Source: Histomonas meleagridis 2922-C6/04-290x
Taxonomy: Eukaryota > Protista > Parabasalia
Assembly (NCBI GenBank): GCA_020184695.1
Contig: JAANOX010000190.1
Location: forward strand, 62,001 to 126,000
Length of the DNA stretch: 64,000 nt
Direction: 5' to 3'
A program made the position numbers and the translations under genes. Positions 9,244 to 18,824 of the stretch are shown in pieces. Position 1 is the stretch's first letter, and the number at the start of each line of letters is the position of its first letter. The notes beneath the pieces are model-generated. The model was not told where the DNA came from. It worked only from the letters and a program-made list of their open reading frames with translations, and searched no databases.

Positions 9244-11634
9244 ATGGCATTTGGATGCTTTTGGATAGTTATCCAAATGCTTAATTTAGTATCATGTAAC
9301 TCACATGTTAATGGAGAAGAAATGGTAAATTATAACTCAAGAGAAATTATTTCAAAAAACATAAATATTCAAATTCTTTCAAACAAAATAAAGCCAGTTC
9401 TCCAACGTTATGAAAACGATATTTTTGCATTATTCACTTATCTTCCAAAAAGAAATCATTTTCTTATAAGGAATGTTTCAAAAATTAACGAGAATTATTT
9501 ACTATCAAATTATTCTTCTTTGGTTTCATCAAACGATAGAAAGGATTTCCAATTTTTTAATGTTGCATACTATTTTTTACTTTTTGATTCATATTTTTCT
9601 TTCATTTTAAATCTTTTTATAATGAGCTTAATTATTTTATGTTTAATTAAGTTAAATATTATTGATCTTAAAAATCACAAAAAGAAAGAAATTTTAAAAG
9701 TTAATTTTGTTTTGATAATATTTGTTTTGTTTTTTGGCTCATCAATGCAAGCATTTGATCCTTTTTCTAATACATTAAATATTCTTACTTCGAATGATTT
9801 TACACAGACATATCAAAACAAAACAGAACATGTTATCATTTCGAGTGGTATTGAATTAATTCCAGAATATGCATTTGATTCATGGATATTTTTAGTCACA
9901 GCATCAATTGGAGATACAGTTAAAGAAATTGGTACGTCTGCGTTTTCGTCATGTTCCTCATTAGAAGAAATTACATTTAATGAAGTCATAACAACCATTG
10001 GATTTTTTGCGTTTCAATATTGTGAAAAAATAGAAAGTTTAACTCTCAAAAAATCACTTACTTTAGTAAAACAAAATGCTTTCTTAAGATGTACCGGACT
10101 GAAATCTGTAGTACTAGAAGAAGGATTAACATCACTTGGAACATTTATATTCCAAAATTGTTATAATCTTGTTGATATTACAATTCCAAGTACAGTTTCA
10201 TCAATATCATTAAATCCATTCCTTCGATGTTATAGTATTAAATTTATCAAAATCTCTCAACAAAATCGATACTTCTCCAATAATGAAAATGATGGTGTTT
10301 TATATGATAACTTAATTACAAAGCTCATCAGTTATCCAGCAGGAAATGATGCGAAAACATTTCAAATTCCAAATTCAGTAACTTCAATTGAATCTCATGC
10401 ATTCGATAACTGTCTTAATTTGACTTCAATTTCATTGGGAAATAATGTACAAACAATAAAAGATTCTGCATTCGCTAAGTGTCTATTTACGAAATTCATT
10501 ATTCCAGATTCTGTTACAACTATGTATGATAATGTCTTCAAATATTGTGAAAACTTAGAGACAATTATAATCGGAGAAAATGTGAATATGATTGGATTGG
10601 AAGCATTTTATCAATGTACATCACTGAAATGTATTTATTTTTATGGAGAAACTCCTCCTTATATTTTGAATAATGCTTTTACAAATGTTTCAGCAACTTC
10701 AGTTATGACTTCTAATTCATATGATGGTGATACATTTGGTACATTAAAAGTTTCAAAAGGAACAACAATTGATGAATGTCTTCCACCAACACTCACATTT
10801 ACACAATCAAATACATTTTCAAATTCAAACACATTTTCGAATTCATTTACACAATCAAATTCATTTTCACAAAGTAATACATTTTCGTGTTCATTTACAA
10901 AATCTAATTCATTTTCACAAAGTAATACATTTTCGTGTTCAAATTCATTTACAGAATCAAACACATTCACCAAATCAAACACATTTACTGAATCGAATAC
11001 ATTATCAAATACATTTACTAAAACGAATTCATTCACACAAAGTAATACATATAGTAAATCAAATACATTTTCGAAATCAATTACATATACGCAAAGTAAT
11101 TCATTTACTAATTCAAACACATACACAAAATCATACATGAAAAACATAAATTTAACACATTCATTTGTCTTATCATATATTTTGTCAATTACTAAAACAT
11201 TGACTTTATATAATTCATATTTTACACAATCATATTCATTCACAATTATCAATTCAATGTTAAAATATGTTGAAACGTCAATTATTCATTACGAATATTC
11301 AATTATATTTTATTCGAAATATTATAGTATTTATTCTCATTATTATTTTATCATTAATGAAGAAGATACAAATAATAATGAAAAAGATGATGATAAAACA
11401 AATATTTATATTATTGTTGGAATTGTTATTGTTGTTGTAATTATCATTTTGATCATCATTATTATATTTTTGATTCGTCATCGAACCGATAAAGAACTTA
11501 ATGAAGAAGAAACAAATATTATTAATGATACTGAAAACAATAATAATTATTCGATTGTCTTCTTACCAAATAATATGAAAGAAGATCCATTTGCAGATGA
11601 TTTCAAAGAAGATAATTTAGATGTTCATATATAA
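9244..11634 (+). CDS. BspA-like (LRR_5/TpLRR) surface protein with S/T/N/F stalk, transmembrane helix and acidic tail
   Basis: TpLRR repeats (IGxxAFxxCxxLxxI), TQSNTF hexapeptide stalk, TM segment IYIIVGIVIVVVIIILIIIIIFLI, tail EDPFADDFKE. Confidence 0.9.
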   Translation: MAFGCFWIVIQMLNLVSCNSHVNGEEMVNYNSREIISKNINIQILSNKIKPVLQRYENDIFALFTYLPKRNHFLIRNVSKINENYLLSNYSSLVSSNDRKDFQFFNVAYYFLLFDSYFSFILNLFIMSLIILCLIKLNIIDLKNHKKKEILKVNFVLIIFVLFFGSSMQAFDPFSNTLNILTSNDFTQTYQNKTEHVIISSGIELIPEYAFDSWIFLVTASIGDTVKEIGTSAFSSCSSLEEITFNEVITTIGFFAFQYCEKIESLTLKKSLTLVKQNAFLRCTGLKSVVLEEGLTSLGTFIFQNCYNLVDITIPSTVSSISLNPFLRCYSIKFIKISQQNRYFSNNENDGVLYDNLITKLISYPAGNDAKTFQIPNSVTSIESHAFDNCLNLTSISLGNNVQTIKDSAFAKCLFTKFIIPDSVTTMYDNVFKYCENLETIIIGENVNMIGLEAFYQCTSLKCIYFYGETPPYILNNAFTNVSATSVMTSNSYDGDTFGTLKVSKGTTIDECLPPTLTFTQSNTFSNSNTFSNSFTQSNSFSQSNTFSCSFTKSNSFSQSNTFSCSNSFTESNTFTKSNTFTESNTLSNTFTKTNSFTQSNTYSKSNTFSKSITYTQSNSFTNSNTYTKSYMKNINLTHSFVLSYILSITKTLTLYNSYFTQSYSFTIINSMLKYVETSIIHYEYSIIFYSKYYSIYSHYYFIINEEDTNNNEKDDDKTNIYIIVGIVIVVVIIILIIIIIFLIRHRTDKELNEEETNIINDTENNNNYSIVFLPNNMKEDPFADDFKEDNLDVHI
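10790..11130 (+). repeat. 18-nt (hexapeptide TQSNTF-type) coding repeat of the BspA stalk
   Basis: Degenerate tandem ACACAATCAAATACATTT units; the same stalk occurs at about 12290-12560 on the minus strand. Confidence 0.85.
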
Positions 11635-11705
11635 TAAAAATAGAAATATATTAATAAATAGCTCAAATAGTTAATATTTTATTTATTTTATATTGAGTTA
11701 AACTT

Positions 11706-11708
<3 letters not shown>

Positions 11709-11738
<30 letters not shown>
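11709..11738. repeat. (AT)n microsatellite between convergent BspA genes
   Basis: Pure AT dinucleotide run. Confidence 0.95.
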
Positions 11739-11741
<3 letters not shown>

Positions 11742-11789
11742 TCAAATTTATGAGAATATAAATCACATACTTAAATCATTAATAATGAT

Positions 11790-14156
11790 TTAAATATTTA
11801 TATTTAATGTATTTTCCTCGAAATCTTTTGCAAAAGGATCTTCTTCGATATGAGAAAGGCTCGCGAAGTTATCCATTATGATTTCATTATTATTATTATT
11901 ATTATAATTCACTTTTTCTTCAAGTTCTTTTTCACTTGAACTTTGTTTTCTTTTACGAAAACGAACAAATAAGATAACACATATCAAAACAACAATGATT
12001 ATTCCAATACTAACACAAACGCCAATTATAATTTTATTGATTTTATTATTATTCAAATCTGTTCTATTTTCATTTTGGAGAATAGTATAAAAACCCGAAT
12101 AATACGAAAAATACATTGAATATTCAACAACTTTATATTCGTAATAAATAAATTTAGTTTCAACATATGAATATATTGAATCAATAAGAGAAATAGTAAT
12201 AGTTTGAAGAATTGTTGATTCTGGAATAATTGTAAGTGAAATTGATTGTGAATATAAAATTGTTTGAACAAATGTTTCACCAAATTGTCTGGATGCAGAA
12301 AATGTATTTGATTGTGTGAAAGTAATTGATTTTGTGAATGAATTTGAATTCGTAAATGTATTTGTAAACGAGTTTGACTTAGAAAATGTATTAGATTTAG
12401 TAAATGAACATGATTTTGTAAATGTGTCTGATTTGGTAAAAGTATTCGATTGAGTAAAAGTATTTGATTGTGTAAATGATTTCGAGCCAGTGAATGAATT
12501 CGACTTAGTAAATGTTTTTGTAAATGAATTCGATGCTGTGAATGGATGTGTTGGCCAAGGATATTGACTGCATCCTTCAACTGCTATATCTTTTAATACA
12601 TTAAGTTCACCAAACATTGTTCCTTGATATAAATAAGATGTCATAATGTATTTAGTTTGCGTATTTGTAAACACATTTGTACCAATTGATGATGGCGTTT
12701 TTTGACCTGTATAATAAAAACATTTTAAATTAGTACAATCTTGAAATGAAGAACTTCCAATTGAAGTAATAGTTTCACTTATAATAACTTCTTTTAGATT
12801 ATTACATGCTGAGAATGCAAAATTTTGGATTGTTGTAATTGTTTTTGGAATTGTGATCGATGTAAATTTACATGAGCTACATGCATATGTTCCAATAATT
12901 TTGACTGAATTTAATATTTCAAATTTTTCACTAGTAATTCCTGCTGGATAACAAACAATTGTTGTACAATCTTTGTTATAAAGAATTCCATTTCCACTGG
13001 AATAATATATGTTTTCGCTCGAAACTTGGATTGTTTGAAGATCTGTACATCCTTTAAAACAACCTGATCCAATAGAAGAAACTTCTTTTGGAATTAAAAT
13101 ATTTGTTAAAGAAGAACATGATTGAAATGCAAAATCTCCAATAGTTTCAATACTTTCACTAAATGTAATACTTTTTAATTTTGGACATTCTGCAAAAACA
13201 TAATTTTGAATTGTACTTATTGATGGAATATTAACATTTGTTAATGATGCGCAAGAACGAAACGCATTATTGGCAATTATATAAGCTGAATTAATTGTAA
13301 CAGAAATTAATGAATTCCATTGATAAAAAGCATCATACCCAATTTGTTCTACATCTCCTTGAATTATAAGATATAATGTTTGACTCTTGAACAAATCCCT
13401 ATCATCATATTCATAAAGAGTAGCTATGGTATAGGTTTTTGTTGTTTGCTCAAATGTTTCGAATGAATGTTCAGAATAAATCACAAATAGAAAACATAGA
13501 AATATGCGTTGAAGTGTTTCTTCGTTTTGAGAACCTCTAAAATCTGATGTTTCATATTTTGATTGATGAAATTTTGCTTTAATAAAAAATAAAACAGAAA
13601 TTAACATAATAAATATTAGGATTGATTGAACTAGTTTTAATGTGGAATAAGTTAGGATATCGTTAAAAAATAAGAAAATTATTTTCGCTTGATTAACATA
13701 TTTGATGTCAAAATAAATCTGTTTCTGTAAAATAACTACTGACAAATCAGAATCCGAATCAGCATTTATTCTTCTAATATATATAAAGGTATATAATGAT
13801 ATCAAATGCAAATTAGGGTGACTTTCTTTATACAGAGAATAAAAATGACTGGAAATGATATTACAATCATTTATAGCATGAGGAATTTGAAGAAACAGGT
13901 TTGTAATTTCGTAAGAAACAGATGTTATATTTGAATCATTCCCCATTTTTTTCCAAAACATCAACTTACATGAATCACTTGATATTAGACATAATGCTGG
14001 TGTAGACATTGCAGCCAGTACGAAACAAGCGTATTTGAGCCGACCAAACATGTTGTAGAACGTGAAATGATAAATTTTCAATTGAGCGTTGCTATCAAAC
14101 CACTCAAAATTCAAAGAACTATAGGTCGATATTTTAAAAGTCATAAAATTCGACAA
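11790..14156 (-). CDS. BspA-like surface protein, paralog of 9244, tail-to-tail
   Basis: TpLRR repeats, TQSNTF stalk, TM segment IIIGVCVSIGIIIVVLICVILFV, tail EEDPFAKDFEE. Confidence 0.9.
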   Translation of the reverse strand: MSNFMTFKISTYSSLNFEWFDSNAQLKIYHFTFYNMFGRLKYACFVLAAMSTPALCLISSDSCKLMFWKKMGNDSNITSVSYEITNLFLQIPHAINDCNIISSHFYSLYKESHPNLHLISLYTFIYIRRINADSDSDLSVVILQKQIYFDIKYVNQAKIIFLFFNDILTYSTLKLVQSILIFIMLISVLFFIKAKFHQSKYETSDFRGSQNEETLQRIFLCFLFVIYSEHSFETFEQTTKTYTIATLYEYDDRDLFKSQTLYLIIQGDVEQIGYDAFYQWNSLISVTINSAYIIANNAFRSCASLTNVNIPSISTIQNYVFAECPKLKSITFSESIETIGDFAFQSCSSLTNILIPKEVSSIGSGCFKGCTDLQTIQVSSENIYYSSGNGILYNKDCTTIVCYPAGITSEKFEILNSVKIIGTYACSSCKFTSITIPKTITTIQNFAFSACNNLKEVIISETITSIGSSSFQDCTNLKCFYYTGQKTPSSIGTNVFTNTQTKYIMTSYLYQGTMFGELNVLKDIAVEGCSQYPWPTHPFTASNSFTKTFTKSNSFTGSKSFTQSNTFTQSNTFTKSDTFTKSCSFTKSNTFSKSNSFTNTFTNSNSFTKSITFTQSNTFSASRQFGETFVQTILYSQSISLTIIPESTILQTITISLIDSIYSYVETKFIYYEYKVVEYSMYFSYYSGFYTILQNENRTDLNNNKINKIIIGVCVSIGIIIVVLICVILFVRFRKRKQSSSEKELEEKVNYNNNNNNEIIMDNFASLSHIEEDPFAKDFEENTLNINI

Positions 14157-14544
14157 CTCAAAAAGTTATTAAAGTGATATGAATATGTTATCATCGAATT
14201 CAACTTCAAATAAGCATATGAACTTTCAAGTTACACTTATTCTAAAATATAAATAAGACTTTACTTCCATCATTCAATATATTTAAGAAAAGTGTATCAA
14301 TCATCCTAAAATTAAATTTAAAATTATACCAAACAAAATAGCTACAGTCGGCAGAACGTAGATTCTCTGGTAAATCATTACAATATTGTAAAGAACATCT
14401 TTTAGCATATAAATTTCGATCATGTTAAGGGGCGAACGTTAAAATATTTCCCAATCGTTTAACGTTCACGGAGCACCCCATTGTCATATCACATTCCCTA
14501 TCGACCGTTAATATTAACGAATATAATTTAGTGATTTAATCAAC

Positions 14545-15516
14545 TCAACAAAACGCATTTTCGTCGTGTGTATCGTCTAATGTATCACCTTCTGATTCTA
14601 CGAACTCGAAAGAGCATGAAAGCTTTGCATCTATTTTTAGCATTGCCCCCTTATTTCCATATTCGCCACAATAATTTGATGCTGAGAAGACGGTCACCAC
14701 TGTCTGCTGTGGGTAGAATGGGAACTCGTAACCATCTGGGACAACCTGATGTGCTCTACATATCAAATCGAAGTCATATTTGTCGAGGAAATCATTTGCA
14801 ACATCAGCGCCAAATGTATATGATGTACCACGCTCAGACTCCTGGAAGCCATTGTAGTCAGCAGAAGGATCCGCCCATACCAAATCAGAGATAAATCCGT
14901 TTTCAGGAATATCAAGTGGCCGTGGGAGCTCCTCAATCATTTCAAGACTTTGCATTTGCCCAGAGATTCCTCCATGAACGCAAAAGATACGGCTACTAAT
15001 GACTGCGGCTAATGGGAGATATCGGAATACTTCATTAAATGTCTTCCAGATTCCGCGGTTGTGCTTTAGTTTGCACTCTCCGAGGAAGCCGTAAAGTTCT
15101 GAGATTGTTTCGGTCTCATGGTTACCTCGAAGTAAGTAAACATTTTGTGGATAAAGAAGTTTCATGCAGAAGAGTAAGGTCACAGTCTCAATAGAATGGT
15201 CTCCACGGTCAACGTAGTCGCCGAGGAATAAGTACTTCGTTGTTTCCGGGTTTCCTCCTTTTTCCAAATATTGTAATAAATCGTTGAATTGACCATGAAG
15301 ATCACCAACGACGCATATCGGTGCTTGTATTTGTAGAAGCATTGGATCCTTAAGAAGTGCTTGTGTCGTTAAGGTACATATGAGTCTCAAGTCCTGCGCT
15401 GTGAGTGGAACAGATTCGGATTGCTTCAGTCCGCGGCTGCTGATGAGCTTCTTATAGATGAGTTGCACCGTCGCCTTATCATCGGACGAAAGGGTAAAAC
15501 CGTCTTGCTGGTTCAT
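14545..15516 (-). CDS. PP1-like Ser/Thr protein phosphatase catalytic subunit
   Basis: GDLHGQ, GDYVDRG, LLRGNHE, CVHGGIS, RAHQVV and SASNY PPP motifs. Confidence 0.95.
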   Translation of the reverse strand: MNQQDGFTLSSDDKATVQLIYKKLISSRGLKQSESVPLTAQDLRLICTLTTQALLKDPMLLQIQAPICVVGDLHGQFNDLLQYLEKGGNPETTKYLFLGDYVDRGDHSIETVTLLFCMKLLYPQNVYLLRGNHETETISELYGFLGECKLKHNRGIWKTFNEVFRYLPLAAVISSRIFCVHGGISGQMQSLEMIEELPRPLDIPENGFISDLVWADPSADYNGFQESERGTSYTFGADVANDFLDKYDFDLICRAHQVVPDGYEFPFYPQQTVVTVFSASNYCGEYGNKGAMLKIDAKLSCSFEFVESEGDTLDDTHDENAFC

Positions 15517-15672
15517 CGACTGGCGTTTCGCTAACCGTCAAACACCCTTCAATTATTTGAATGTGATCAGCGGTTTGCCCGCGAATGTATTATATTGCTT
15601 TTTCATCCTGAAAAGTGACATATACCGATCATATTGCACTCAATATAACGATAAAGAAAACGATCAAAGTCT

Positions 15673-17334
15673 TCACAATGGTGTCACCTTTTTCTTACTT
15701 TTTGCTCTGTGATTTTGGAACCAGTAAGAAACCGATTTTAACGGAGCGTTCAGCTTCTCTGCTATTTCCATTTTCTCGAGTTTACTTGGCTTTGAGTTCA
15801 ATTCGAACATTTTCTTTAATTCATCGATTTGTTGAATTGTCCATATAAATCTGACGTCGGGGTTCATGTTTCTCTTCTTAGGAATAGCCATTGAAGGCGT
15901 TCCTTTACCAGCCGAATTTACAGCATATATAACAAATTTTTTAAATTTGTCAATAATTTTCGCCTTAGCTCCAATGGTAGTGTCGCCAGGGATATTAAAC
16001 AGGTGTAAAACATCGCCGTCAAAATTGATTCCTTCGATTATAAATGAATCAATATCAGATCCCCCATTCTCGGCAGGCAAACTCCAAGAAAACTCATATT
16101 CGCAATCGCCTAATTTGTCCACTTTGAAGTTTGTACATTCTGATGGAACTGTTACAGGCTGAGTTTCGAAATACAAAGGCTCTGAGTCAGTGGTACCACA
16201 TCCGTTGTCGATTCTTATGAACATTTTATACTTTGTTGAACCGCTAATTCTTATTTCGAGTAACGACGGAATTTTGACACAATTTAATTTATATAATTTC
16301 AATGAATCCTGCGTCTGATTTATTACGATGAATTTAACTGACTGAAGGAATGGCGAATAAGGAATTGGAGGAATTTTTACGATCAAACTACTTGATGAGA
16401 ATGTCATAATTTCCGGCGAATTAATCTGTTTAATTGGGTAAAAGAAAACAGTGCTCAAGCTGAAGTTATCATTGTCTTCATTAATGTAATACACATTTGT
16501 TAAGTCAGTGAATATGTTATATATCGGCAATACATTGTACAACGAACATTTGATGATGTAAATCGTTTTGTCCATTACACTGAGCGCAAATGGCTGAAAC
16601 AATGGAAGCGCCGAATACGGGTTAAATGGGAAGTCATGGAATAGTATAAACGTAGGAACTTCTGATTGATCAATGCCAAAGAACAACGCCTCTTTCATGC
16701 GGCTTATTTCGTTTTGGAATTTGTCTTGATTTTCAAATTCGTCATAGACTTCCCAATGTTTTATGTCAACATATAGTAGAAATGGTTTCTCTTTCGTGTA
16801 TATTATTAATGTTTCGTCGTATTGAAACGTGGCGAAAATCGTCGAGATGTGATACGTGGTTTGAAGGTTATGGAATGTGGAAATTTTGGTGTTGATGCAG
16901 ATTGATTGGATTCCAAGCGCATCCGCTTTGGTTACGAGTAAAAGTTCTTCGTTGATTTCATTAATATGCGCACCGATGATGGTTCCATTGGTTTTGATCG
17001 AGTATATTTCGATTTTCCATGTTTCTTGATCAAGAATGCCTAAAAATGGAGTTGGAGAAAATGAAAGAATTAATATGTTTTCACCATAATGATATAGTTT
17101 TAAATGTTCTGCTTTGATATTTATGTTTAACTCTGGACCTGCTAATTGTAATGTTGATAAATTCATTCGTAAGATTTTAACATTAATCTCATTAAATTTT
17201 GCAATGATTAAAAATTCTCCATTAAGTGTAACAATGGAACTTGAATTTTCTAAATCACTTGTGACAATATGACCAATAATTACGTCCTGGCACACGGGGA
17301 TTGCAGGCAGCAGCTTTTGAGATGTTAAATCCAT
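15673..17334 (-). CDS. Protein with FN3 domain(s) and C-terminal homeodomain
   Basis: FN3 signatures (SWSLPAENGGSDI, FVIYAVNSAGKG) and a homeodomain (WTIQQIDELKKMFE...IAEKLNAPLKSVSYWFQNHRAKSKK). Inr-like TCAC lies immediately before the ATG. Confidence 0.85.
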   Translation of the reverse strand: MDLTSQKLLPAIPVCQDVIIGHIVTSDLENSSSIVTLNGEFLIIAKFNEINVKILRMNLSTLQLAGPELNINIKAEHLKLYHYGENILILSFSPTPFLGILDQETWKIEIYSIKTNGTIIGAHINEINEELLLVTKADALGIQSICINTKISTFHNLQTTYHISTIFATFQYDETLIIYTKEKPFLLYVDIKHWEVYDEFENQDKFQNEISRMKEALFFGIDQSEVPTFILFHDFPFNPYSALPLFQPFALSVMDKTIYIIKCSLYNVLPIYNIFTDLTNVYYINEDNDNFSLSTVFFYPIKQINSPEIMTFSSSSLIVKIPPIPYSPFLQSVKFIVINQTQDSLKLYKLNCVKIPSLLEIRISGSTKYKMFIRIDNGCGTTDSEPLYFETQPVTVPSECTNFKVDKLGDCEYEFSWSLPAENGGSDIDSFIIEGINFDGDVLHLFNIPGDTTIGAKAKIIDKFKKFVIYAVNSAGKGTPSMAIPKKRNMNPDVRFIWTIQQIDELKKMFELNSKPSKLEKMEIAEKLNAPLKSVSYWFQNHRAKSKKKVTPL

Positions 17335-18824
17335 GTGATTTGATGCGACGGTTGTACATCAAGCAAAATTGTCTTAATTGAAAATTGAACTTTTGAATAA
17401 ATTTAAATTAAAATGTAAATATTGAGGCAAATATATATATTTTTTAAAAAATACATAAAAACAATCATCACAATAATATATAGTTATGATATATAAAACA
17501 TGGACTAGAAAAATAAAAAATTTTATATTTTGATGATATTCAATTACATGTAAAAATTTAAAAATCTCATGGACATATCTTACTCACTATTAGTTGAATT
17601 ACTTCACATCAGTATAAATGTTGATTTTACTAATAGCTTTGATTTTGAGACTTTCTGCTTTCACGAATCTATGCATAACGAAATACCGAAAAGTGCTGAA
17701 GCATACTAATATGACGCAAAAGCAAGTGTTATTATCTAAACCTGAATATGTTGTGTTATAAATAGCTTTTTGATAAGTGTAAACTTAGTTATAAAGTTCC
17801 GTCTTCTTAGAAGAAAATTCAATGTGAATAGTGCCACATAATGAATTTATGCGTATTCACAAGAAAAGGTCAAAGGCGTTCCAATGAGACTCGTATTTTT
17901 TCTTATTTAAATGAATACCATAATAAAATTAGGAAAAAAATAAAATTATTACAACGGTTTTTTCAAATATTGGTCGATCATTTCTATCACAATTCATGAA
18001 TTATCGTTGTAAAATGGTGATAATATTCGATTTCTCACTTTTTCTGAAGAATTTTTCGGTGCTTTTGAATTGCCTCAAAATTGTACGATAGATTTATTAA
18101 TTTTTCAGGAAAATTAATTCAGTTTTGTATCATCAATAAACCATTCAAAATCTTATAATCATGCAGAAAGTTATAAATTTTGGAGAAAACAAATTTGTTG
18201 TAATTTATATATTCCTTAGTGTTTTAATTAATGCAGTGATTACCAATATGCATATAGTAAACACAAGCATAATATTTTGGCCAAAATTCAAAAACTATCA
18301 AAAGGATGATAAAAAAAGACATAATTTAATAAAATTGGTCATATACGTAATGAATTGATCATAATATATTATCTTCAAGTATATTAGCATTCCAAGTATA
18401 ATAATCAGTTCTAAGGAGAAAAATTGTTTGATTTCATCTGAAATTTGGAATAAATACACGCAATAAATTCAATGCGATCATTTCAATACAATATTTGAGT
18501 AGAATAATTTTCATCGATATAGGTTTACTAACAAGCAAAAAAGTGACTCATAATATTTCAAAAATCAGACTTTTTGTGTTCATGATTAATACAATATTGT
18601 TTATATCATTCAATTTCATTATTATATTAAAATTAATTTAACTTATAATTTTCAGTACAGATGAAGTAAATTTTATGAAATTTTCATTATTATCATCTTT
18701 AGTATTTGTATTTAAAATTAAAGTATTTTATCTTGTTCCTAAAAGGAGTTTTCGTCTCTTTATTTATTTCAAAAAATATTTGAACGATACGAAGCGGTTT
18801 GCTGACAAATTTGAAGTGCCAATA

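Noticed and set aside
14434-14467. 10-bp inverted repeat GAACGTTAAA...TTTAACGTTC between BspA and PP1
   Set aside because: It is a single short hairpin with no family signature; insufficient to call an ncRNA or terminator.
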